Assembly: GCF_902652985.1 (NCBI RefSeq)
Contig: NC_047015.1
Coordinates: 38,440,001 to 38,504,000 of the forward strand
Reading direction: 5' to 3'
DNA: 64,000 nucleotides
From: Pecten maximus
Lineage: Eukaryota
The notes under the pieces are model-generated. The model saw only the letters and a program-made list of their open reading frames with translations. It searched no databases and was not told the origin of the DNA. Each line of letters starts with the position of its first letter. Position 1 is the stretch's first letter. This document shows, piece after piece, positions 14,601-24,276 of this stretch. A program made the position numbers and the translations under genes.

Positions 14601-17600
14601 GACCATGACCTTTGACCTACATTAAGTGAACTTTCAGAAAACTTTTTCCTTGGCCACAGTATGTTTTTCATTGGGGCTTTCATATTTGACGTGTGTTCCT
14701 TGATGATCTTTCGTTTGGTACTACATTTATGGACCAGCTGAACTTGACCATGGCCTTTGACTTTTAAAAGCTAATACAAAATTTTATCACACTCATGAGA
14801 GTTGTTGTATTCAGACAACTCTTGTTCCCTAGGCCTTTTTAATTGGAATTTTGCCATGTTTTTTCCCCACCCCATCAGACTGCAGTGTGTTTCAGATAGA
14901 GGCGCATCTTGCTAGATCAATACTGATATTCTCATTAAATATTCCATGATTGGGTGAGCTATGTTACTCTCAAAAATCTCTTATTTATCTTACATGTTCA
15001 TATATTGTAAGTAAAAATATTAACTAACCAGTTCTATGTTGCTGAATTCATTACAGGAGAAACTAAAATAGCTGTGCTGTCCAAATTGGCTGGTGAAATG
15101 TGGCATAAACTACCAGACAATGAAAGACAGGTAAATCGGCAGTTTGACATAAGGACTTCCTTAATTTAGATAACAGCTCTGATGTATTACTGTTGTACAG
15201 TATATATAAAAGTAATCCCTGTGGTATGCTTTGTCACTCTAATCAAACGTAACAATGTCTCATTCAGTGCTAAAAATCTATATTTATTGTTAGATGTTAT
15301 TGAATTGTTTGCTATGAAATTAAATAAGTAGGAAGTTTTCTGTTTTGTAGAAATATTTAAAATCAAGCCAAGATGCAATGGCCATTTACTCTGAGAAGTT
15401 AAAGAACTACACCGCAGGATTGAGCTCTGAACAGCTGGAGGAAATTGCACTAAATGCATGGAGAATGCGTGAAGAAAAGAAGATTAAAAAGGCATACCAG
15501 GTGTTAATTTGATTTTATATACCGTAGATTTGTTTTCTAGCTGTATGTACATATATATGCATGATACATAATTAAACTGTGATTGGCTGTTTCCCTGTTA
15601 GAAATATTTGGTGCCATTTTCAGATTTGAAAATTCATGCCACATTTTTGTCCAGGTCCACATACATGAATCTAATGTTAATACCTTAATTTACAGGCGGC
15701 TTTGTCAAAACATCCTATGCCAAAAAGACCCAAACCTGCTATGTGGGTTTTTGGTGAGACCATTGATAGTAAAAACTGCACATTAAAGGTAAGAATTTCA
15801 TACAGTATGCAAAATTAGTGATTTACATTTCTGTTTGAGTGACTTAGTTAGAAGAAATGGTCTGGACCCTTATACTATGTATATCAGGTTATTAAGAATT
15901 GTTTCATTTGGATGGTTAGTAAATGTGAAAAAACATAGATTATACTTGTATTCATATGTGTGTTGTGATGCTCTTTTAACTGATATTGTAGATATTGAAT
16001 TTCCTTAACATTTCATGTTACAGCAATCTGAATATTTTGTGAGACTGCTTCAGGCTGGTTAGCTTTCAAATGATACCTTTTGAAGACCTGAGTGTCCAGA
16101 TTTTTGGGACAAAGCATCTAGTACATTGAATACTAGTTATTATTATAATATCCTGTTCAAAAGATATATTTTTTTTACAAGAGGCCCATGGATCTAATCG
16201 GTCACCTGAGTTCTGAACTATTCTGATAGATGATGTTTAGCGCTTTTGCACTATTTAACACATCTCACCCCTGCGAACATGAAAGGGGAAGGTTTATTCA
16301 CTTGAACATACTTTGAAGCCAATTTGTTCTAGCATGCTTGGTTATTGGGAAGTTGTTTTAAGATTTGAACACATTTGATCCCTGTGACCTTGAAAGTTGG
16401 TTTAAGCAATTCATTTGTCCAAACTGGTAGGCCTTCATCCCAGCATGCTACTGGCTCAATATCATGTCAAATCTTTGAAACTCCATAACCATATATATGG
16501 CATTGCTTGACATCAAGAGATAAACACAATTCTGATGTAAAAATAGGCCCAGGGGTATTTCCCCACCCCAAGGGACTTAGTTTCTTTAAACACTATCATT
16601 TTGAGTCTGGACTTCACCACATATAGCATTGTAAGACATCAGCAAAAAAAAACTATTAACAGGTTGAATATGAACATTGTCTTGATGCTTGCTTAAATCA
16701 ACCAGGTGAGTGATATAGCCCCTCTTGGCCTCTTCTAAGTTTGTCATAATCATAGACATAACATTATTGTACCTCTTAATAGGCCTAGAATTTGATAGTT
16801 TTGACTGCTGAGCTGTTGTTTCTTTAAACATTCTTTGGTTGATTTTATATAGGAGCTGAATCAGAAAGTGAAATCAGGATGGCAGGGGTTGTCTTATGCA
16901 GAGAAAGAGGTAAGCATATTGTTTATTCTGAATGTAATAAACATGTAGAAATGATTTAATATTTAAATCAATAAGTTTGATAAAAGTTTAATATTTTAAT
17001 CCATTAGTTTGATATGCTTATTTTGGAATATTTCTCCAAACCAGCCCTGTTGTTCAACTTTGTTGAAGGTACTTCTAGTCAGTGTGATGTTGAAGGTACT
17101 TCTAGTCAGTGTAAATTTCACTTGAAACCATGGCCAGCTCTGTTGGAACAAGTTCTGTACCCTGGTATCCATATTGTTGAAGGCACTTTTGTTTCAAATT
17201 TCAGACTTCACTTACTCACATCTTAAAGTATCAGAAAATAAAATAATGTATAGGGTTACATTTGAAACAACTAGGTCAAAGGTCATTGAAATAAATTTTC
17301 CTTTATTATGTTAACAAAGTTGTTTTCGGTGACCCAGCATGTTTATGCAATGCAATGTATTTTGTTTAGCGTAATATGAATCATTTCAAGACTTCATTTA
17401 GTGCATCACAAAATTTGACATGTTGTGAAAAAATTCTCAAGGACTGCAAGGCTGGTGTCATAATAATCGCCATGCATATTGCTTAACTTATATAAAAGTA
17501 TTGTCAAGACCCTTACATTAGTTATCAATAGTCTGTGACACCTTAAAACTGATGTGACAACCATGTTTATTGTCGACTTAATGAATGAACTAAAGTCTTT

Positions 17601-20600
17601 GAGGTGTGAGCAAAAATTTTTATGGTCAATATTTAAGTTAATAAGAGTGCTTGAGAATATATGGCTGATTGTATAGTACTGTTTGAATTACCAGGTAGTC
17701 ACTCCCTGTTGATTGACCCTGTTTACAAATGTGATGTTTCCTGATTCAGTAGATATTTTGCTGGAATAGTGTGGATGAAATTGCTCAGTTATAAAGGGAA
17801 AAAAAATATCTATGGGAAGTATGCATGTTCAGAAATTTGTTAAGTCCTATTGTGGAGGATTGGTAAATCAGAAATTGTAATTTAGAGTAATAAGTATAAG
17901 TTTTTGCTATTATTGATTACAGTCGATAATACATTGGTTGATAACAAGTAATTAGTAAATTGGATATTAAAACCCATATTCATTTCTCATGTATTGATGA
18001 GGCCAGAGAAAAGAGTGATTTGTTGATCATTGAGATAAATTTATTTTAATGATTAACTGATATACTGTACCATGAATGTGCAAAGAAGAGGATAGGAATG
18101 AAAAGTGAGCAACATGCCATTAAATGCAGATTTTTAGCCCACCATCATCAGATGGTGGGCTATTCAAATTGTCTTGCGTCCATGGTCTGTCCGTCCGTCC
18201 GCCCCTCCGTCTCAATTCTTGTTATCGCTATTTCCCAGAAAGTACTGAAGGGATCTTTCTCAAATTTCATATGAAGGTTCCCCTTGGTCCCTAGTTGTGC
18301 ATATTGCATTTTGGGACCAATCGGAAAACAACATGGCCGACAGGTGGTCATCTTCGGAAAACAACATGGCCGACAGGTGGCCATCTTGGATTTTGACAAT
18401 TTTGGAAGGGTCTTGAGGTGCTTACTAAAGTGGGAATTTTTTGGGGACTCAGGTTTTCTCCAGGGACTGATAGGGACTAATAGGCGGGACCAAAAGCGGA
18501 CAAATCTACTGAAATATTTCAGTGACCATTAAGGCCTCTTGTTGATTTTAAAGACATATGTTGCTGGCTATGAAGAAAAGATGGAGCGATGGAAGACAGA
18601 CTTTGGACTATGGGTACAAGACATGGTACTAGATGGTTCCTCTGACTTCATTACTATGCATGAGCTGAAGCAGGTTTGTATTCAACCCATAAGAACACTT
18701 TCCCTGTAGAATTGTATTCTTCTGGCATAAACATGTTAGAGATGTAGAGATTCACTGATCTATTGTAAATAATCATCACTAGTATTGATGCATTGTTTGA
18801 TGGTCTTCGGTAACCTGATAAGAATCTATTGAATGTATTGATTCTGATATTGCACATTTTTGACATTGTCATGCAGGAAAACTTCCAGGTTGAAATATTG
18901 TAATAACAACGACAACAGTTATACAGTTTGTATTTAACTTACATTTAATTCACTCACAATGGCTGATTGGCCATGTATCGTGATACTATTATGTACTGTA
19001 ATTTAATTCACTCACAATTGCTGATTGGCCATGTATCGTGATACTATTATGTACTGTAATTTAATTCACTCACAATTGCTGATTGGCCATGTATCGTGAT
19101 ACTATTATGTACTGTAATTTAATTCACTCACAATTGCTGATTGGCCATGTATCGTGATACTATTATGTACTGTAATTTAATTCACTCACAATTGCTGATT
19201 GGCCATGTATCGTGATACTATTATGTACTGTAATTTAATTCACTCACAATTGCTGATTGGCCATGTATTGTGATACTATTATGTACTGTATTGCCCTACC
19301 CCTTAAAATTTGCTGATATCACAATGTATGATTACCGTTTTAAGCGTTATACCTCTAGGATGTCAGACAGCAAAGGTGGCCTATTTTTTAGGATAAATGT
19401 AGCGTAACATTATGCAATCAACTATGAGTATCTTTCCATGAAAAAAACCGTAGTCAACTATAATCCGATTTTGTTGCATTTAAATGTTTGTATGTAATGT
19501 AACAAGGTTTTCTCTTTGGTAAATCATTGAAATTACAACTTTATTTCTTTCATAAGGAGCTGCGAAGACTTGGCATGCCAAAACGTCCAATAACTGCCTT
19601 CATGTTATATACAAGAGCATGTCGGATGGAGCAAGGCAACATGTCTATAACAGTAAGTTATGTGTATCATTAAGTTTTTGACAGGATTTCTTGTTTTCAT
19701 ATTATTTAAGGTTTAAAGAGTCAAAGCAAAAAAGGTATTGCAATTTTTTTGGCATCTCAGAACCTATCCAAAATTTTCCATACTATTGATAAAATGCAAC
19801 AGAAAAGTTTGGAAAAAAAGTTTTTAGTTCTCAGTAAAGTTTAGGAGAACCTATTCTATCCCCAGGCACACTGTCTGGTTAAGGAGAATGATAAAAATCA
19901 GCAAAACCTGTCTTTGTTGATTAGGGTTATGTGACAGGAGAGATGATAATACTTTCTTAACTAGGTCTTGTTGATAGTATGGTATTCCTATACTTGCATT
20001 AATTTTCAATCCAATTGTTTATTGCACAATTCTATCTTTACATAAGTAATGGATGTTTTTTCTGGTCCATAATTAGGGTTACGATCACGATTAAAGTAAA
20101 GTTCAAATCACAATTAACCTATCCATAGTTTGATATTAATTATAGGTGGCAAACCATTAAGATTCACCAAGTGCTTGTATGGAAATACCCACAGCCCTAA
20201 GTCCCCCCCCCCCCCTGCCAAAAAAAAAAAACAACAACAACCCTAAAACTTTTGTCAGATTTGCTGATTAATACCCCACTGCTCCCAATGTACACTGAAT
20301 CCCATTCTCTCCAAAATGCTTGTTAAGAACAAGAGGCCTAGAGGACCTGCATTACTCACCTAGATATTTTAGTGATCATGGCAAAATACTCTCATATAAA
20401 TTATATTACAAAAAGAAGATTTCTTACATTTTTTAGCTCAATTTCCCCTATACTAGATCTCCTTGGCTCAATAATGCTCCAGACTAAATCATTTTTTCTA
20501 TTGGGGCCCTCTGGCCCGAGGACCTCGCCCTCCATTTATACAACTTTTTGTCTACTCTGTCCAATAAAGCTCCAGACCAGATTTCATCAAAATCCATTCA

Positions 20601-21598
20601 ATTTTTGAGGTTTATTTTAGATTTTTTAAGGAAATGTTATCGTACCGTGGACAAACAGAAGGGCAGACAACTGACACTGCACCATGGCATAAACTCACCA
20701 ATCCCTCAGACCATGTCATCTTAGAAAAAAATCCTTGGTTACAATCAGTCTTAACACTTTTGTTTCTTTCAGGAGTTTTCCAAGGAGATGGGATCTCGCT
20801 GGAAGCAGTTGAGCGATGAAGAAAAGCAGGTAAATTTCAATATAATCTGCCATATTTCTATTGAATGGATCTGTATCATGGCAGTTTTGTCTTGCTACAT
20901 TGAAATACAGGAAAGAAGAATAAGGTATCACATTTACAAAAAATTTGCATCAACATCAGTAAATTTGCAGTGATAGGAGTCGTAGACTGGTTACCAGACA
21001 GTAATTCTGGTAATCTTAATCTTATCTCCCCGAGTTTGAAAAGAATCTGACAGATCAGTAAAAGATCTCATAAGTCTCATTCATATTTAAAAAATATCAT
21101 ATTCTAAAGACAAGGGCCATTTCAAAGTGTCTGATGTGTACACTGCCACTCAAACTTTTCAAAATTAGAAGATGTTACAGAGAACTACAAATAATTGTGT
21201 TTATCCTTCTCTCTGTTTAGGTTTTCAATAAAGAATGGAAAAATGAATGGGACAATTACACGAAGGATATGTCACAATGGAAAGCAAGTCTGAATGAACG
21301 CGAAGCTACCTTCTCTGAGCTGGCTCAAAAGATCATTAAGGGAACCCTAGAAAGAGAAATAAAAGCAGCAGAAAAAATGTTGGAAAAACAGAAAGAAAAA
21401 GAGAAAATTGCAAAGGAAAAGGAAAAAGAACAAAAGAAACTAATCATGCAAAAGGAAAAGTTAGCCAAGCAAAAGGAAAAAGAGAAGTTAGCGAAACAAA
21501 AAGAAAAAGAGAAATTAGCAAAACAGAAAGAAAAAGAAAAATTTGCCAAACAAAAGGCAAAAGAACAAGAGAAGTTAGCCAAAAAAAATCCAAAATAA
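11622..21598 (+). CDS. TFAM: Mitochondrial transcription factor A-like protein with three HMG boxes (~407 aa); join(11622..11686,12770..12903,15057..15130,15351..15500,15696..15788,16853..16909,18554..18673,19557..19652,20773..20829,21221..21598)
   Basis: Arg/Ser-rich N-terminus with no acidic residues (MAAYSIGRCSGIFRSVINANIRP). HMG motifs PSKPASAFVLFY..EMWHKLPDNERQKY, PKRPKPAMWVFG..SGWQGLSYAEKETY and PKRPITAFMLYT..SRWKQLSDEEKQVF. Intron phases 2,1,0,0... and 150/96/57-nt exons match vertebrate TFAM as I recall it. Open frame of 1224 nt. Confidence 0.85.
11845..12407 (+). mobile_element. Composite repeat in TFAM intron 1 (module C 11845-11995 plus TIR element A 12073-12407)
   Basis: A has the TIR agttaaaatttcatact/agtatgaaattttgact; both modules recur at 30.43-31.51 kb. 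Confidence 0.7.
12770..12903 (+). CDS. TFAM: TFAM exon 2 (HMG box A, helix 1)
   Basis: ttgcag|G CCA GCA...PSKPASAFVLFYKDKLPMIKENNP G|gtatgt. Confidence 0.88.
13148..13608. mobile_element. Tc1/mariner/pogo-type MITE (461 bp)
   Basis: ta|cagtcaaacct ... aggtttgactg|ta; subterminal aagcggccacc/ggtggccgctt repeats. Confidence 0.88.
15057..15130 (+). CDS. TFAM: TFAM exon 3 (HMG box A, helix 2)
   Basis: ttacag|..ETKIAVLSKLAGEMWHKLPDNERQ|gtaaat. Confidence 0.88.
15351..15500 (+). CDS. TFAM: TFAM exon 4 (box A helix 3 and linker, 150 nt)
   Basis: ttgtag|KYLKSSQDAMAIYSEKLKNYTAGLSSEQLEE...KKIKKAYQ|gtgtta. Confidence 0.85.
15696..15788 (+). CDS. TFAM: TFAM exon 5 (second HMG box B1, helix 1, 93 nt)
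   Basis: ttacag|AALSKHPMPKRPKPAMWVFGETIDSKNCTLK|gtaaga. Confidence 0.8.
16177..16470 (-). mobile_element. HINE 3' fragment
   Basis: acaagaggcccatgg...ggtcacctgag is the reverse complement of the 3' end seen at 25492-25526. Confidence 0.6.
16853..16909 (+). CDS. TFAM: TFAM exon 6 (box B1, helix 2, 57 nt)
   Basis: atatag|ELNQKVKSGWQGLSYAEKE|gtaagc. Confidence 0.8.
18131..18543 (+). mobile_element. HINE/DINE-1-like non-autonomous Helentron in TFAM intron 6
   Basis: T-run start, 5' hairpin tagcccaccatc..gatggtgggcta, (GTCC)n microsatellite, 3' gtgacc-ttaaggcctcttgtt end. Confidence 0.8.
18554..18673 (+). CDS. TFAM: TFAM exon 7 (box B1, helix 3, 120 nt)
   Basis: ttaaag|TYVAGYEEKMERWKTDFGLWVQDMVLDGSSDFITMHELKQ|gtttgt. 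Confidence 0.75.
18943..19291. repeat. 58-bp tandem repeat, 6 near-identical copies (TFAM intron 7)
   Basis: Unit atttaattcactcacaattgctgattggccatgtatcgtgatactattatgtactgta. Confidence 0.95.
19557..19652 (+). CDS. TFAM: TFAM exon 8 (third HMG box B2, helix 1, 96 nt)
   Basis: cataag|ELRRLGMPKRPITAFMLYTRACRMEQGNMSIT|gtaagt. Confidence 0.85.
20328..20725 (-). mobile_element. Degenerate HINE in TFAM intron 8
   Basis: Begins aacaagaggcc...ctcacct (reverse complement of the HINE 3' end); gaca/gacg-type microsatellite remnant at the other end. Confidence 0.6.
20773..20829 (+). CDS. TFAM: TFAM exon 9 (box B2, helix 2, 57 nt)
   Basis: tttcag|EFSKEMGSRWKQLSDEEKQ|gtaaat. Confidence 0.88.
21221..21598 (+). 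CDS. TFAM: TFAM exon 10 (box B2 helix 3 and Lys/Glu-rich tail)
   Basis: gtttag|VFNKEWKNEWDNYTKDMSQWK...(EKLAKQKEK)n...KNPK-TAA. Confidence 0.85.
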   Translation, partial: VFNKEWKNEWDNYTKDMSQWKASLNEREATFSELAQKIIKGTLEREIKAAEKMLEKQKEKEKIAKEKEKEQKKLIMQKEKLAKQKEKEKLAKQKEKEKLAKQKEKEKFAKQKAKEQEKLAKKNPK

Positions 21599-21900
21599 TG
21601 GAAATTAGCCAGATAAATGAGACAAAAAGGACATTGGAACATTGAAAGGCATAATTACTACATGATAATACGACATCAGTGGCAAAAGGGACAATGGTTG
21701 GGTAGTTGTTACAGAATTGTATGATATCAGTGGTGTACTGTAGCAGTTGTATCAACATCTTCTGTTAATGAACCCAGTATTTTATCTCACCACTGGATAA
21801 TGAGCCACATTTGTGTTGAGGGCAGTTTCACTTATCTTTTAATCTGTAAAAGATGATGTGTTTGTTAATACTTTAGAATGTAGAACATCATTGTTTTCAA

Positions 21901-21906
21901 AATAAA
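21901..21906 (+). terminator. Candidate polyadenylation signal of TFAM
   Basis: AATAAA about 300 nt after the stop codon. Confidence 0.5.
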
Positions 21907-22435
21907 AGTTTCTGCATTTGTAATACAGATGATCAAAATTGAATGTATTGCCTGAACCATCTTAGGTGGAACAAGGAGATCAAATATACAGTGTATTTGT
22001 GTGGATTATTTGTTCCCTAGCTGTTCAACTGGCATTCGGGACTATAAGCATCCTCTCCATTGTTATGTATGTAATGCCAATTTTTTCAGCCCTTTAGCGA
22101 CTTCATTCCTCTAGGAATTTTGATTAAATTTTACACAATGTGAAGGGACCATAATATCTTGGTCAAGTTTGAATTTCAGGGGTTTTGGGTCAAGGCCAAG
22201 GTCACTGTTACTTTATTAAGTGGGGGAAAGTAGGGGGACATGTATTGTTTTAGCAATACCCAGTATGCTTGTTGAAGTTACCAATTCACAGTGGAAATAA
22301 GAGTAATAGAGTTCATGTTTTATTCAACAGACATCTGATAACCATCAACCAATCTGATCATGGTAGTCTCATTAAGATTCACCTATTTGGTATAAGTAAA
22401 AAAAGAGTTTTTGTAAAACTATACCAGACAGATCT

Positions 22436-22862
22436 CAATCTAATTAAAATCTAGATGGTCACCCTTACTCCGTTACATGAACATCTAGCAACATCTCATA
22501 AGGGGTCACGTCAGGTTGACCTTTTGGATTAGCCAATCAAATTTCTATTCCAGAACCTTGGAAGTGAATTTTGTATGTCCGAATTAGCATGACTAGAGTA
22601 CATAGTTTGCATAATATGTCAATTTGTTTCAAGCCATTTCGTCCCACAAATCATTTAGCTATATACATCTGTGCCAAAATGGTTTGCTTCAGATGCATAC
22701 TGTGACGAAATGTTTTGCTTCAATTACATCGACAATTTGACAATTCGCCCTGAAAGTGAAATACACACATCTCAAAGGTCATCAGAACGTGACCCCTTAT
22801 GGGATGTTGTTAGATGTTCATGTAACGTAGTGAGAATGACCATCTAGATTTTAATTAGATTG
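22436..22862. mobile_element. Mutator-like MITE (427 bp) with 9-bp target site duplication
   Basis: ~75-bp imperfect TIRs caatctaattaaaatctagatggtca... / ...tgaccatctagattttaattagattg; exact GACAGATCT on both flanks (22427-22435, 22863-22871). Confidence 0.9.
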
Positions 22863-24276
22863 GACAGATCTAGACTTCATGAAAACCAGATAATTCCATC
22901 AAATATTATCATAGAAGTAGCCATATAATCAAACTTGTGACTTGTTTGATACAAACAAATCTAAAATTTCTTGAAAAGATGTACTGTCTACATGCGTTGA
23001 AAGGCTGAATGTCAAAAACGAGATAAATTTAACATGTTAAACTTTAATGCATTATAATGTTAGAACTAGCTTAAAAAATAACCAGTAATTTTTTTTGCAT
23101 TTGTAGTGTTACATACAGCTACCATTTAACACTTTAAATATGGTTTTATTACTTTCAGAATTATTTCAATGCATTAAACTTCATCAGATTAACCAATCAG
23201 TTGCACCCTATGCATTTAGCATTTCGGAAGAAAATTCTCCATGGAAGTGGGAAATATGCATGAATATTTGTTTGTCCAGAAAATAAAGGCTCAACATATG
23301 ACAAAAGATGTATGAATTTCAATGAAGGTGTTTGGTTTGCTTCACTCTGCAAAGATTATTGTTTTGGAATTTTAAACAGTTTAATGACAGACTATTATAG
23401 TAACATTGACAGAATATCAATGTGTAAAAGAGAACGCCAGTACATATTTGTATTTCTGAAAACCAATATAAACAGAGACAGTATATACATGTATATCAAT
23501 ACTCAATTTGTGCAGTGAACCAACAAATGTTTCAGTGTGCCTCATTCTGTTGCTCATTTGCGTATTCATATTTATGAGATACATACGGTACATTGTTATA
23601 CATTGCTGCACCTGGTACATTCTGTTGATGTTGAATACAATGTTTGCAGACCTGTTCTGAAAGGTGTAGCACACTGACATGAACGCTGCATTTTTTAGGG
23701 GTTTTGATAGTTTTGTCATCTTTGAAAATTGATGAGATAATCCAAAACATCAGTCAATAATGCAGTAAATGGAAAATGACAAGTATAGCTGCTGTGTATT
23801 CATAGGTCCAACTTACATTACACGTTAAGTGTTCATCAATCTGGGTCGGTGGCCATGGCAAGGTTGAGGACAGAATTTGTATAACTGGCAAATGATGGTA
23901 TTCTCTGTAAACTACATGTATCTTCAAAGTTTTAGTAAAAAAAAAAGGATCCTTTGTTATTGCTTTTCCTGGAATAGTCAATACAAAGCCATATTTGGAC
24001 AGTGCAGGAAGTGCCATTGTGTATTCGAATGCAGGACCCATAATATCATACCTAAAGGACATAAAAATGGTATAAGATATATACTTATGAATCTCTATAA
24101 AATAAAAAAATAGTGTCACCTCATGTGTAGTGTCTCTCTGGTGTTAGCTACACACCCATTGCCAACACAATAACAGTAATCTACTGTCGTTTTGATTCCC
24201 TCCAGAAATCTGGCATTGTCGGCCATGCTGTAATGTCATTGAATGTACAAATTTATTTGGTCTGTTATTTTAGACA

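Noticed and set aside
15696-21598. Second TFAM paralogue or assembly duplication explaining the extra HMG box
   Set aside because: There is no second presequence or box A, and the two modules and their introns are highly diverged at nucleotide level. An assembly artefact or recent gene copy does not fit.
21325-21758. Two ~105-aa minus-strand ORFs rich in F/S/C/L
   Set aside because: They are antisense shadows of the Lys/Glu repeat exon of TFAM.
23312-24119. Overlapping 68-121 aa ORFs between TFAM and CAMLG
   Set aside because: Composition is typical of random AT-rich sequence on both strands, with no family similarity or exon structure.
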